From Thermodesulfobium acidiphilum (lineage in GTDB: Bacteria; Thermodesulfobiota; Thermodesulfobiia; Thermodesulfobiales; Thermodesulfobiaceae), in NCBI RefSeq assembly GCF_003057965.1, contig NZ_CP020921.1:456100-514915 (forward strand): a stretch of DNA of 58,816 nt, read 5' to 3'. Below are positions 47,870 to 57,685 of the stretch, in pieces. The first letter of the stretch is position 1; each line of letters opens with the position of its first letter. The position numbers and the translations under genes are program-made. The notes under the pieces are model-generated. The model was not told where the DNA came from. It did no database searches and saw nothing but the letters and a program-made list of their open reading frames with translations.

Positions 47870-49615
47870 ATGATTTTTTGTAAGGTTTGCGGGTATGGAC
47901 CTATATCAGAGGAAGTAAATGTTTGCCCGGTATGTGGCACGTCAATTGTTGAAAAGGCTTTTTCTGGGACCAGGACTCTTTCTATAATGTCGCTGGCTTC
48001 GGGGACTCTTCTTCAAAATGGGAAGTACAGAATTGAAGATGTAATTATTCAAGGTGGATTTTCTTTTACTTATTCAGCAGTACAAACTATGCTTGATGTA
48101 AAAGTAGCGATAAAGGAGTTATTTGCACTAGGAGCTACCAGACAGGGTAGTGTTGTTATTTTTGACTCAGATTCTTCTGAGAGTATTGGTGAATTTTTAA
48201 ACGAGGGTAGAATTCTTGCAAGGTTAAATCACCCTGGAATTGTAAAGGTTCTTGATTTCTTTGAAGAAAACAACACTGCGTATCTGGTAATGGAATTTCT
48301 TGAAGGGGAATCTTTGTCTTTGTTGTTGAATAGGGTAGGAAAAATACCCGAAAATGAAGCTCTTAATTATATTAAACAAGTAGCCCAGGCTTTAAAAGTT
48401 GTTCATGATGCGGGGTTACTTCACCAGGATGTAAAGCCAGATAATTTAGTTTTAACAAAAGAAGGTCGAATTGTAATTGTTGATTTTGGATCAGCCAGGC
48501 AATTTATAGCAGAGAAAACAGGCAATTATGATAGAATTGTTACTCCTGGCTTTGCACCTCTTGAACAATACGGTCAGAGAGTGAGAAGGGGGCCATATAC
48601 AGATGTTTATTCACTTTGCGCTAATTTTTATACGTTAATAAAAGGCTTTCCTCCACCACCTGCTCCAGATAGATTGCAAACTTTAAAAGAATTAGATTTA
48701 GCGGGTATAAGTCCTAAAATTGGTAGAATTATTTCAAAAGGTCTTGAAGTTAATGTAAACAATAGAATTAGATCGATGGATGAGCTTTTGGCGATGATTG
48801 ATGAAGTAGAAGGCAAAACTTTTGCAGTGGATAAAACTATTTCGAAAGAAATGCTGCAAAGGGAAGAGGGCATTAATTTTGATGATAGAAAACTTTCTAC
48901 AGGTAATGAAGGTATAGCTTATCAAAAAGAAATACCTGATATTGATATTTTGGAAATTGAGAGTCAAGAAGATCCTAAAGTACTTTTTGAAATTGGATTA
49001 AAATATTTATTGGGTTTTAATGTTACAAGAAATTTCGATATAGCGTTTAAATGTTTTAGAGAGGCTTCAGAAAAGGGAAATGCTGATGCAATGTACCACC
49101 TTGGACTTATGTATCTTCACGGACAAGGTACTTATCAGGATGATAAAATGGCCTTCAAATACTTCAAAGAGGCTTCAGAAAAGGGAAATGCTGATGCAAT
49201 GTATAGACTGGGCTGGATGTATGAGTATGGTAGAGGTACTTATCAGGATGATAAAATGGCCTTCAAATACTTCAAAGAGGCTTCAGAAAAGGGAAATGCT
49301 GATGCAATGTACCACCTTGGACTTATGTATCTTCACGGACAAGGTACTTATCAGGATGATAAAATGGCCTTCAAATACTTCAAAGAGGCTTCAGAAAAGG
49401 GAAATGCTGATGCAATGTATAGACTGGGCTGGATGTATGAGTATGGTAGAGGTACATCACAGGATTATAAAATGGCAAAGTATTGGTATGAGAAGTCAAA
49501 AGATTTAGGAAATATTGATTCGAAAAACAAACTTGAAAGCTTTTTACCTGAAATTAGTTCTAAAAAAAATAAGGGTAACTTTATTGGGAAAATTTTCAAA
49601 AATATTTTTGGTTGA
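47870..49615 (+). CDS. Zinc ribbon + Hanks-type Ser/Thr kinase + Sel1-like repeats
   Basis: CKVCG..CPVCG; GGFS, VAIKE, HQDVKPDN, DFG, APLEQ, DVYS; five Sel1 repeats (A.Y.LG.MY..G.G). Confidence 0.92.
   Translation: MIFCKVCGYGPISEEVNVCPVCGTSIVEKAFSGTRTLSIMSLASGTLLQNGKYRIEDVIIQGGFSFTYSAVQTMLDVKVAIKELFALGATRQGSVVIFDSDSSESIGEFLNEGRILARLNHPGIVKVLDFFEENNTAYLVMEFLEGESLSLLLNRVGKIPENEALNYIKQVAQALKVVHDAGLLHQDVKPDNLVLTKEGRIVIVDFGSARQFIAEKTGNYDRIVTPGFAPLEQYGQRVRRGPYTDVYSLCANFYTLIKGFPPPPAPDRLQTLKELDLAGISPKIGRIISKGLEVNVNNRIRSMDELLAMIDEVEGKTFAVDKTISKEMLQREEGINFDDRKLSTGNEGIAYQKEIPDIDILEIESQEDPKVLFEIGLKYLLGFNVTRNFDIAFKCFREASEKGNADAMYHLGLMYLHGQGTYQDDKMAFKYFKEASEKGNADAMYRLGWMYEYGRGTYQDDKMAFKYFKEASEKGNADAMYHLGLMYLHGQGTYQDDKMAFKYFKEASEKGNADAMYRLGWMYEYGRGTSQDYKMAKYWYEKSKDLGNIDSKNKLESFLPEISSKKNKGNFIGKIFKNIFG
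49060..49455 (+). repeat. Intragenic tandem repeat, 108-nt units in A-B-A-B order, exact 216-nt period
   Basis: GAGGCTTCAGAAAAGGGAAATGCTGATGCAATGTA at 49061, 49169, 49277 and 49385; 49060-49239 is identical to 49276-49455. Confidence 0.95.
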
Positions 49616-49639
49616 TAATTTTTTGTAATTTCACAATGT

Positions 49640-49667
49640 TTGACATTTTAAATTTAAGGTTTATTAT
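49640..49667 (+). promoter_or_regulatory. sigma70-type promoter for the ilv-leu leader
   Basis: TTGACA-16 nt-TATTAT. Confidence 0.6.
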
Positions 49668-49702
49668 ATATAGAATTAACGTTTTGAAAATTTAATAGAG
49701 TT

Positions 49703-49930
49703 AAAGGCTACGAACAGGAGTAGTAGAAAGCTTAACTTTTTAAGAGAGCCGAAGGTTGGTGCGATTCGGTAAAGGGCGCTTTCGAACTCGCCTGGGAGCT
49801 TTTCTGGTGAATTTAAGTAATCAGGAACGTAAGACTGCGTTAAAGTTCAGAGTGAACCATCCTTAGGATGGTTAATCGTGGTGGTACCGCGGAACTTCCC
49901 TCCGTCCTCGTGATGTGAGGGTTTTTTTTT
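49703..49930 (+). ncRNA. T-box riboswitch, Leu (CUC) specifier, with terminator
   Basis: AGTAG, AGAGAG and GGTGCGA stem I motifs; GAA-CTC specifier 49787-49789; T-box AATCGTGGTGGTACCGCG; CCTCG/TGAGG stem plus T9; upstream of ilvB. Confidence 0.92.
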
Positions 49931-49956
49931 AAAAAAATTTGGAAGGAGGGATATTT

Positions 49957-51645
49957 ATGAAGATGAGAGGGACAGCTGCAATTTTAAAAGTTCTTGAGTC
50001 TCAAGGTGTAAAAAATGCATTTGGCATCACGGGCGGAGCAATAATGGGTCTTTATGACGAACTTTACAAAAATCCAGTTTTTACTCACTATATGATGAGA
50101 CATGAGCAGGGTGCAGCGCATGCTGCTGATGGCTATGCTAGGGCTTCTGGCGAGGTAGGAGTGTGTATTGCGACTTCTGGTCCTGGTGCAACAAATCTTG
50201 TAACTGGCATTGCAAACGCCTATATGGATTCGATACCTATTGTTGCACTGACTGGACAGGTGCCTACTAATGTGATGGGCACAGACGCATTTCAAGAAAC
50301 CGATATATTCGGTATAACTTTACCTATTGTAAAACATAGCTATATCGTAAAAAATCAGCAAGAAATACCTACTATCTTTAAAGAGGCTTTTTATATTGCT
50401 TCTACAGGGAGACCTGGCCCGGTTCTTATCGATCTCCCAAGAGATATTTTAATGAATGAGAACGAATTTAATTTTACAAAACCTATTAATATTCCTGGTT
50501 ATAAGCCTACTACAGAAGGACACCCCTTACAAATTAAAAAAGCTGTAAAAATTATACAGAAATCGAAAAGACCAGTGATTTTGGTTGGTGGAGGAGCACG
50601 AGATTGTGTTGAAGAGATCAAAGAATTTGTCGAAAAAACTCATATTCCTGTAGCTCATACTTTACATGGTAAAGGAGTCTTGCATCCCGATTCTGTTTAT
50701 CATCTTGGAATGCCTGGAATGCATGGCTTGCCATGTGCTAACAAAGCTTTAATGGAATCTGATTTAATTATTTCAATTGGAGCTCGCTTTGACGATAGAG
50801 TTACAGGACATCTTGCTTCATTTGCGCCCCATGCTAAAGTTATTCATATTGACGTTGACCCAGCAGAAATAGGAAAAAATGTGCCAGTTTTGGTCCCAAT
50901 AGTTGGGCTTAGCAAAAAGGTGTTAGCTCAATTAAATAAAGAGCTAGAACAAATGCAACCGAAAAATGATTGGATGAAGCAGATAGAAGAATGGAAAAAA
51001 GAGTTTTGTCTTGAATACAAGCCTCCAAAAGCACATGAAGGCATTTATCCACAAGAGTTTTTCTATTTGTTCAGTCAGATTTTAGGTACAAACGGTATTG
51101 TTGTTACTGATGTTGGTCAGCATCAAATGTTTGCGGCACTGTATCTTAAGAGGTTTGACCCGAGAACATTTATTTCTTCGGGCGGACTTGGAACCATGGG
51201 ATTTGGGCTTCCTGCGGCTATTGGGGCTCAAGTTGCAAAGCCAAATCAACTTGTAGTTTGTATTGCTGGAGATGGCGGATTCCAGATGACTATTCAAGAG
51301 CTAGCTGTCTTAAATTCTTATAAATTGCCGGTAAAAGTAATAATAGTTAATAACGGATATTTAGGTATGGTTCGACAATGGCAGGATTTGTTTTTTGAGA
51401 AAAGATATGCTGAAACTGATTTAATATCGGGGAATCCCGATTTCCTAAAGATTGCCGAAGCTTACAACATTCCTGCAAGAACAGTAAAGAAAAATTCAGA
51501 GTTAAGGGATGCAATTGAAGAATGTCTCTCTTCTTCAGGTCCCTATTTATTGGATATTTGGGTAGAAAGAGAAGAAAATGTTTTCCCAATGGTTCCCCCT
51601 GGCGTTGATATATCAAAGATGATTTATGGGAGGGAAAGTAAATGA
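49957..51645 (+). CDS. ilvB: Acetolactate synthase large subunit
   Basis: RHEQGA.HAADGYAR, TSGPGATN, GARFDDRVTG, GDGGFQM...NN.YLGMVRQWQ. Confidence 0.97.
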   Translation: MKMRGTAAILKVLESQGVKNAFGITGGAIMGLYDELYKNPVFTHYMMRHEQGAAHAADGYARASGEVGVCIATSGPGATNLVTGIANAYMDSIPIVALTGQVPTNVMGTDAFQETDIFGITLPIVKHSYIVKNQQEIPTIFKEAFYIASTGRPGPVLIDLPRDILMNENEFNFTKPINIPGYKPTTEGHPLQIKKAVKIIQKSKRPVILVGGGARDCVEEIKEFVEKTHIPVAHTLHGKGVLHPDSVYHLGMPGMHGLPCANKALMESDLIISIGARFDDRVTGHLASFAPHAKVIHIDVDPAEIGKNVPVLVPIVGLSKKVLAQLNKELEQMQPKNDWMKQIEEWKKEFCLEYKPPKAHEGIYPQEFFYLFSQILGTNGIVVTDVGQHQMFAALYLKRFDPRTFISSGGLGTMGFGLPAAIGAQVAKPNQLVVCIAGDGGFQMTIQELAVLNSYKLPVKVIIVNNGYLGMVRQWQDLFFEKRYAETDLISGNPDFLKIAEAYNIPARTVKKNSELRDAIEECLSSSGPYLLDIWVEREENVFPMVPPGVDISKMIYGRESK

Positions 51646-52115
51646 GACACACTCTTAGTTTAGTAGTTATAAATAAATCGGGTGTGCTTGCAAGAGTTGC
51701 CGGCTTATTTGCTAGAAGAGGGTATAATATCGAATCTTTGACCGTTGCTCCTATGGAAAATGAAGGTTTTTCTAGAATGACTATTCTTGTAGAAGGGGAT
51801 GATAAGGTCGTTGAACAGATTGCAAAGCAACTACACAAGCTTATTGATGTAATAAAAGTATTCGATTACTCACAAGAAAACATTGTTGAAAGACAACTTG
51901 TTCTTATAAAAACAAAAGCAAGCGGTCCTGTGAGATCAGAAATTCTACAGATAATAAATATTTTTAGGGCTAGAGTAGTAGATCTTTCCAAAGATACGTT
52001 AACTGTTGAAGTAACTGGAGATGAAGAAAAGGTATATGCCTGTCTTAATCTTTTAAAACCTTATGGTATTATCGAAGTTTTGTTTAGTGGTAGAGTAGCA
52101 ATGAAGAGAGGATAG
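51642..52115 (+). CDS. ilvN: Acetolactate synthase small subunit
   Basis: GVLARVAGLFARRGYNIESL, QIAKQLHKLIDV. Confidence 0.96.
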   Translation: MRHTLSLVVINKSGVLARVAGLFARRGYNIESLTVAPMENEGFSRMTILVEGDDKVVEQIAKQLHKLIDVIKVFDYSQENIVERQLVLIKTKASGPVRSEILQIINIFRARVVDLSKDTLTVEVTGDEEKVYACLNLLKPYGIIEVLFSGRVAMKRG

Positions 52116-52185
52116 AACAGTTGAATCTAATAATAGATTCTTAATAGTTTTATTTTTTTGAAAAATTATGTGAGGAGGATTTTAA

Positions 52186-53190
<1,005 letters not shown>

Positions 53191-53193
53191 GGG

Positions 53194-54726
53194 GTGAACG
53201 CCTTGAAAAGAATAAAGATTTTTGATACAACTCTCAGAGATGGAGAACAGTCTCCAGGTGTAAGTCTTAATAGTGAAGAGAAATGTGAAATTGCAAAGCA
53301 ATTGGCCAGGCTTAACGTTGACTGTATCGAGGCAGGTTTCCCCATTGCTTCAGAAGGCGATTTTAAGGCTGTTCAACAGATTGCAAGAGAGGTTGAAGGT
53401 CCAATTATTGCAGCGCTTGCAAGGGCAAAAAAGGAAGATATAGACAGAGCCTGGGAGGCGATAAAAGACAATAAAAATCCCAGGATTCATACCTTTCTAG
53501 CCACATCGGATTTGCACCTTGAAAAGAAACTTCAGATTTCAAGAGAAGTAGCTTTGTCTAAGATAAGAGAGTCAGTAACCTATGCCAGATCCCTTTGTAC
53601 AGATGTTGAGTTCTCTGCAGAGGATGCATCTAGAAGTGACCTTGAGTTTCTTGCTCGATGTGTTAGTGTAGCTATAGAATCGGGAGCAAAAACGATTAAT
53701 ATTCCTGATACTGTCGGTTATGCTACTCCAAGTGAAATGGCTGAGATTATTCGCTATCTTAAAGAGAATGTTAGAGGGATAGAAAATGTGGATATTTCTG
53801 TTCATTGTCATAACGATTTGGGACTTGCAGTTGCAAATTCTTTAGCTTCTATAGAAGCTGGAGCTTCACAGGTTGAATGTACTATTAATGGAATTGGTGA
53901 AAGGGCTGGGAATGCAGCTCTTGAAGAGATAGTAATGGCACTTTATGTTAGAAAGAACTTTTATCAGAGTTTTACCAATATTAATACTCAGGAAATTTAT
54001 AGAACTAGTAGGTTGGTATCGTCTTTGACAGGGATGAATGTCCAGGCAAACAAGGCTATTGTGGGTGCTAACGCCTTTGCTCACGAATCAGGTATACATC
54101 AAGATGGCGTTTTGAAGGATAAGAGGACTTATGAAATTCTTGATTCAGAACTTATCGGGCTTACTGGTTCACAAATGGTGCTTGGGAAACACTCAGGTAG
54201 ACATGCTTTTAGAAAAAGGATAGAAGATTTAGGGTTCAAGTTGTCTTCAGCTGATTTAAACAAAGCTTTTATAGCTTTTAAAGAAATGGCTGATAAAAAG
54301 CAGCAAATTCATGATATGGACCTTGTAACTCTTATTAGTGATATTATTTTCCAGGGTGAGGAGTTTTACAGGATTGATTATGTTGGTGTTTTTTCAGGTA
54401 CCAATTCATATCCCACAGCGACTGTAGTGTTAGAAAATAGTTCCGGAGAAAGATTGGTAGACTCAGGTATCGGTAACGGCTCAGTAGACGCAATTTACAA
54501 GACAATTGAAAAAATTGTTAATTTAAAGTTAAATTTAATTGATTTTAATATTAAAGCCATTACGGGTGGAACAGATGCTTTAGGAGAGGTTACAGTAAGG
54601 GTTCAAGACTCTGATAATAGGGTTTTTATTGGTAGAGGATCTGATACTGATATTCTTATAGCATCTGCAAAAGCATTTGTGAGTTCTGTAAATAAGATGA
54701 TTAGTTATAAATCAATGCAATCTTAA
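53194..54726 (+). CDS. leuA: 2-isopropylmalate synthase
   Basis: DTTLRDGEQ, HCHNDLG, GIGERAGNA, FAHESGIHQDG, C-terminal regulatory domain. Confidence 0.97.
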   Translation: MNALKRIKIFDTTLRDGEQSPGVSLNSEEKCEIAKQLARLNVDCIEAGFPIASEGDFKAVQQIAREVEGPIIAALARAKKEDIDRAWEAIKDNKNPRIHTFLATSDLHLEKKLQISREVALSKIRESVTYARSLCTDVEFSAEDASRSDLEFLARCVSVAIESGAKTINIPDTVGYATPSEMAEIIRYLKENVRGIENVDISVHCHNDLGLAVANSLASIEAGASQVECTINGIGERAGNAALEEIVMALYVRKNFYQSFTNINTQEIYRTSRLVSSLTGMNVQANKAIVGANAFAHESGIHQDGVLKDKRTYEILDSELIGLTGSQMVLGKHSGRHAFRKRIEDLGFKLSSADLNKAFIAFKEMADKKQQIHDMDLVTLISDIIFQGEEFYRIDYVGVFSGTNSYPTATVVLENSSGERLVDSGIGNGSVDAIYKTIEKIVNLKLNLIDFNIKAITGGTDALGEVTVRVQDSDNRVFIGRGSDTDILIASAKAFVSSVNKMISYKSMQS

Positions 54727-54922
54727 AAAATAATGTGGGTGGGGGAACTTCTTTTTTTCAATATTTTTTTAATTATTGGTTAAATGTAGGCTTTTCGCCA
54801 TTGGTTTTAAAAAAATCTTACTATTGGCACAAATTAATTTAAAGTATATTGTAAAAATGCGTTATAACATGTATTATAAAGTATTATCGAATAATTTTAT
54901 TTTATTGTGGGCGGAGGAAGAA

Positions 54923-55855
54923 TTGTTTTTATTTAAAAAGAAAAAAATTTATTGTGGTATTGAAATAGATGGCAATATATTGAGGTTTTCTCATGTGGAA
55001 AATCGCAAATCTTCCTTTTTTTTAAAAAATTATCAGGAAGTTATATTGCCGCAACCTTATACTAAAGATTCGAATATTGAAAGCGTAAAGTCTTTTTCTT
55101 CTTTGCTTGAACAACAATTTGGCCCATTTAAAAATGTTGACTTTGTTTTGGGCCTTCATGGAACCCAAATTATTTTAAAAAATGTTAGGCTTCCAATGCT
55201 GCCAGCTGATGAAGTTCCTTTCGTTGTAAAATCTGAGGCAGATAGATACCTGCCAATTCCACCTGAAGAAGCCTATATTGATAGTTGTTTTTTAAGGGAT
55301 GTTAGTATAGGAAATGATAATTTCGTTGATGCTCTTTTAGTTGCCTGTCCGAGAAGAATAGTTGATTCTTATATAGACTCTTTTAATAGGGCGGGCCTGA
55401 CTCTGAATAAGGTAGATCTTTCAATTTTAGCGCTTGCTAGATCTTTGGGGGAGCAGCTTATCTCTGGGATTCAAATGGTTATGAAAGTATTTTCGGAAGG
55501 AGTAAATATTTTAATTCTGGATGAAGGCTTTCCTGTATATCAGCGTTTTATTTTAATCCCCTATGATAATCTTATAAAAAATGATACTGCAAGCCTCGAA
55601 CTGCTTGTATCTGAGATTGAAAGAACTATTAACTTTTATCTTTCTGATAAGGTTAACAAGGAAATTAGTAAATTAAGTTTTGTAGGAAGAAGCGAAAGTG
55701 ATAAGCCTTTGTTCAATTATATTAAAGAAAAAATTAGCGTTTCATTCGGGGAGGCAAAGATTGTTCCAAACAAATTCCTTAAAGGGAATTTTGATGAGAG
55801 TGCTCTTAGTTATTCTGGTATTTCAGTAGGGTTGGGGATGAGAAATGAAGAATAG
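54923..55855 (+). CDS. pilM: Type IV pilus assembly protein PilM-like (TTG start after GGAGG)
   Basis: GIEID, EA.RYLP.P.EE..ID, LLVA, AGL....VD; first gene of a pilMNOPQ-like cluster. Confidence 0.78.
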   Translation: MFLFKKKKIYCGIEIDGNILRFSHVENRKSSFFLKNYQEVILPQPYTKDSNIESVKSFSSLLEQQFGPFKNVDFVLGLHGTQIILKNVRLPMLPADEVPFVVKSEADRYLPIPPEEAYIDSCFLRDVSIGNDNFVDALLVACPRRIVDSYIDSFNRAGLTLNKVDLSILALARSLGEQLISGIQMVMKVFSEGVNILILDEGFPVYQRFILIPYDNLIKNDTASLELLVSEIERTINFYLSDKVNKEISKLSFVGRSESDKPLFNYIKEKISVSFGEAKIVPNKFLKGNFDESALSYSGISVGLGMRNEE

Positions 55856-56411
55856 GGTTTATATGAGATACGTTGTAAATTTATTACCTGAAGAATTCGT
55901 TGAGAAGAACAAAGAAATTAATCAAAACTTAGTTTTTCTTGTACCCATGGCTATCTTTTTTATTCTTTTGTTATTTACAGGTGTTGCTTTTTCTTTAAAT
56001 TTCTATATGTCATCTAAAATTAATAGCTTAAACGCTCAAATTACTGCACTTATGCCAGATGCACTTAATTATGATATTCTTCTAAAAAAGAAAAATGAAT
56101 TACAAGAAGCTAATAAGGTTATGCAGGGGATAGATCAAAGGTCTAAGATAGATATTGAGGTTTTAGAGGATCTTAGGGCAAATATACCTGCTGATACCTG
56201 GATTACTTCCTTGAAAATAAACGGATCTCATTATACTCTTAACGGTTCTTCGCTTAGTTCTACTTCTCCTCCATATTTCTATTATCTGATATCTAAATCT
56301 AAAATACTTTCTAATCCAAGATTAGATGAAATCATTAGAGTTTCTGGTAAAGACAAAGAGAATTCAAATAGTGTTTTTAACTTTATTTTCGACTTTGAGG
56401 TTTCAAGATGA
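55845..56411 (+). CDS. pilN: PilN-like protein
   Basis: VNLLP motif, TM, coiled coil, IP.DTWITSL. Confidence 0.82.
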   Translation: MKNRVYMRYVVNLLPEEFVEKNKEINQNLVFLVPMAIFFILLLFTGVAFSLNFYMSSKINSLNAQITALMPDALNYDILLKKKNELQEANKVMQGIDQRSKIDIEVLEDLRANIPADTWITSLKINGSHYTLNGSSLSSTSPPYFYYLISKSKILSNPRLDEIIRVSGKDKENSNSVFNFIFDFEVSR

Positions 56412-57133
56412 AAGACTATATATTAAATTATTTTAGAAATTTGAGTTATAGAGAGAAAAAGATGCTCTCGTTTTTGTTGTCTTTTTTGTTTGTTGTCTTT
56501 TTTGGAGTTTTTTTTCTTTTACCACAGGCGCAACAATTTATAACACAGAAGTCAACTCTGGATTCCAAAGAGTTGCAGCTAAACGAATATAAAAATAAAT
56601 CTCTCGCTTTAGCTGCCCTTAGAGAAGACTTTAACAAGGTGAGTTCTGAGATTGATAGGATAAAATCAAGGTTTATAACTCAAAACGATATGGCCAGGAT
56701 GTATGTAGACTTGTCAAATCTAATTGAGGCATCAGGTGGTACTATTGTTGAATTTAAACCAGAAGCAGTTGTTCAAACTCCTAATGTTCAGCAAAAGTCA
56801 CAACAACAAACAAATGTCAATACTGGGGCGGCTTTTAGTAAAGCAGTTATGCAGCCAGCAAATCAGCCTGCTAATATTAATGTTACCAACCCATCGGTAG
56901 GCAATCCTTATGCGAGCGCTGAAAAAATTCTAAATGTTAGAACTATAAAGTTTGCTCTTAAAGTAGATTTTCACGGTTATGAGTCAATGAAAAAATTTAT
57001 ACAAAGCTTGAGCACCTTTCCTAAAATACTTACTTTAGATAATTTTCAGGTAGTTGGTTATTCTGAGAAAGATAAAACTTTGAGATTGGATATGACTTTA
57101 GATGGATTTTACGATCTGTCGAAGTCTAAGTAG
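56408..57133 (+). CDS. pilO: PilO-like protein
   Basis: LSYREK + TM + coiled coil, GYES.KKFI..L..FPKI. Confidence 0.75.
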   Translation: MKDYILNYFRNLSYREKKMLSFLLSFLFVVFFGVFFLLPQAQQFITQKSTLDSKELQLNEYKNKSLALAALREDFNKVSSEIDRIKSRFITQNDMARMYVDLSNLIEASGGTIVEFKPEAVVQTPNVQQKSQQQTNVNTGAAFSKAVMQPANQPANINVTNPSVGNPYASAEKILNVRTIKFALKVDFHGYESMKKFIQSLSTFPKILTLDNFQVVGYSEKDKTLRLDMTLDGFYDLSKSK

Positions 57134-57144
57134 GGAGAGCAAAT

Positions 57145-57666
57145 ATGGATAAACAGAAAAGAATGAAAATTATATTGGGGGTTCTTCTTTTAGTTCTGAT
57201 AATAGGAATAGGCATTAACCTATATCCTTATTTTTTTCAAACAAATCCCAAAGGATCCCAAATTCCACAAGTTGGACAAATTTCTGAAGTTAAAAAGGAA
57301 AATACTCAGGTTACTGCTAGTAATATTATTAATCCAGAAACGTTTGAAAAGCCAAATGTACCAATAGGCAGGTCAGATCCCTTTGTTCCTCTTATTAGTT
57401 CCGAGAGTAGTTCAACAAATCTTCATAAATCTTCGGGTTCAAATACCGGCTTTCCTATGGTAAAAATAAGTCCTTTTCCTCCGACATTGAAATTGGTGGG
57501 AATTATGAGAGTTAATGATAAGATGTTAGCAATTATAGAAAATGGTCAACAGACATATACTGTTAAACAAGGCGATATAATATTGGGAAACATTAGAGTT
57601 CAAAATATATATTTTAATAGTGTAGTTTTAACCTCTTCTGGTCAAACTAGAACTTATGAACTATAA
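57145..57666 (+). CDS. PilP-like protein
   Basis: N-terminal TM, GRSDPF.P, LKLVGI, AIIE, VKQGD. Confidence 0.7.
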   Translation: MDKQKRMKIILGVLLLVLIIGIGINLYPYFFQTNPKGSQIPQVGQISEVKKENTQVTASNIINPETFEKPNVPIGRSDPFVPLISSESSSTNLHKSSGSNTGFPMVKISPFPPTLKLVGIMRVNDKMLAIIENGQQTYTVKQGDIILGNIRVQNIYFNSVVLTSSGQTRTYEL

Positions 57667-57685
57667 AATTTGTGAGGTGAATTTT

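Noticed and set aside
49060-49455. Regularly spaced repeats as a CRISPR array
   Set aside because: Units are 108 nt, in frame, encode Sel1 repeats, the intervening segments recur, and there are no cas genes
49080-49508. 142-aa alternative-frame ORF inside the kinase
   Set aside because: By-product of a stop-free repeat unit being duplicated; no independent motif
41175-49615. Accessory block as a prophage, IS or integrative element
   Set aside because: No integrase, transposase, phage genes or att-like flanking repeats seen; tRNA-Trp is intact with no duplicated 3' end noticed
54776-54922. N-terminal extension of the pilM ORF
   Set aside because: AT-rich promoter-like DNA; SD GGAGG supports TTG 54923
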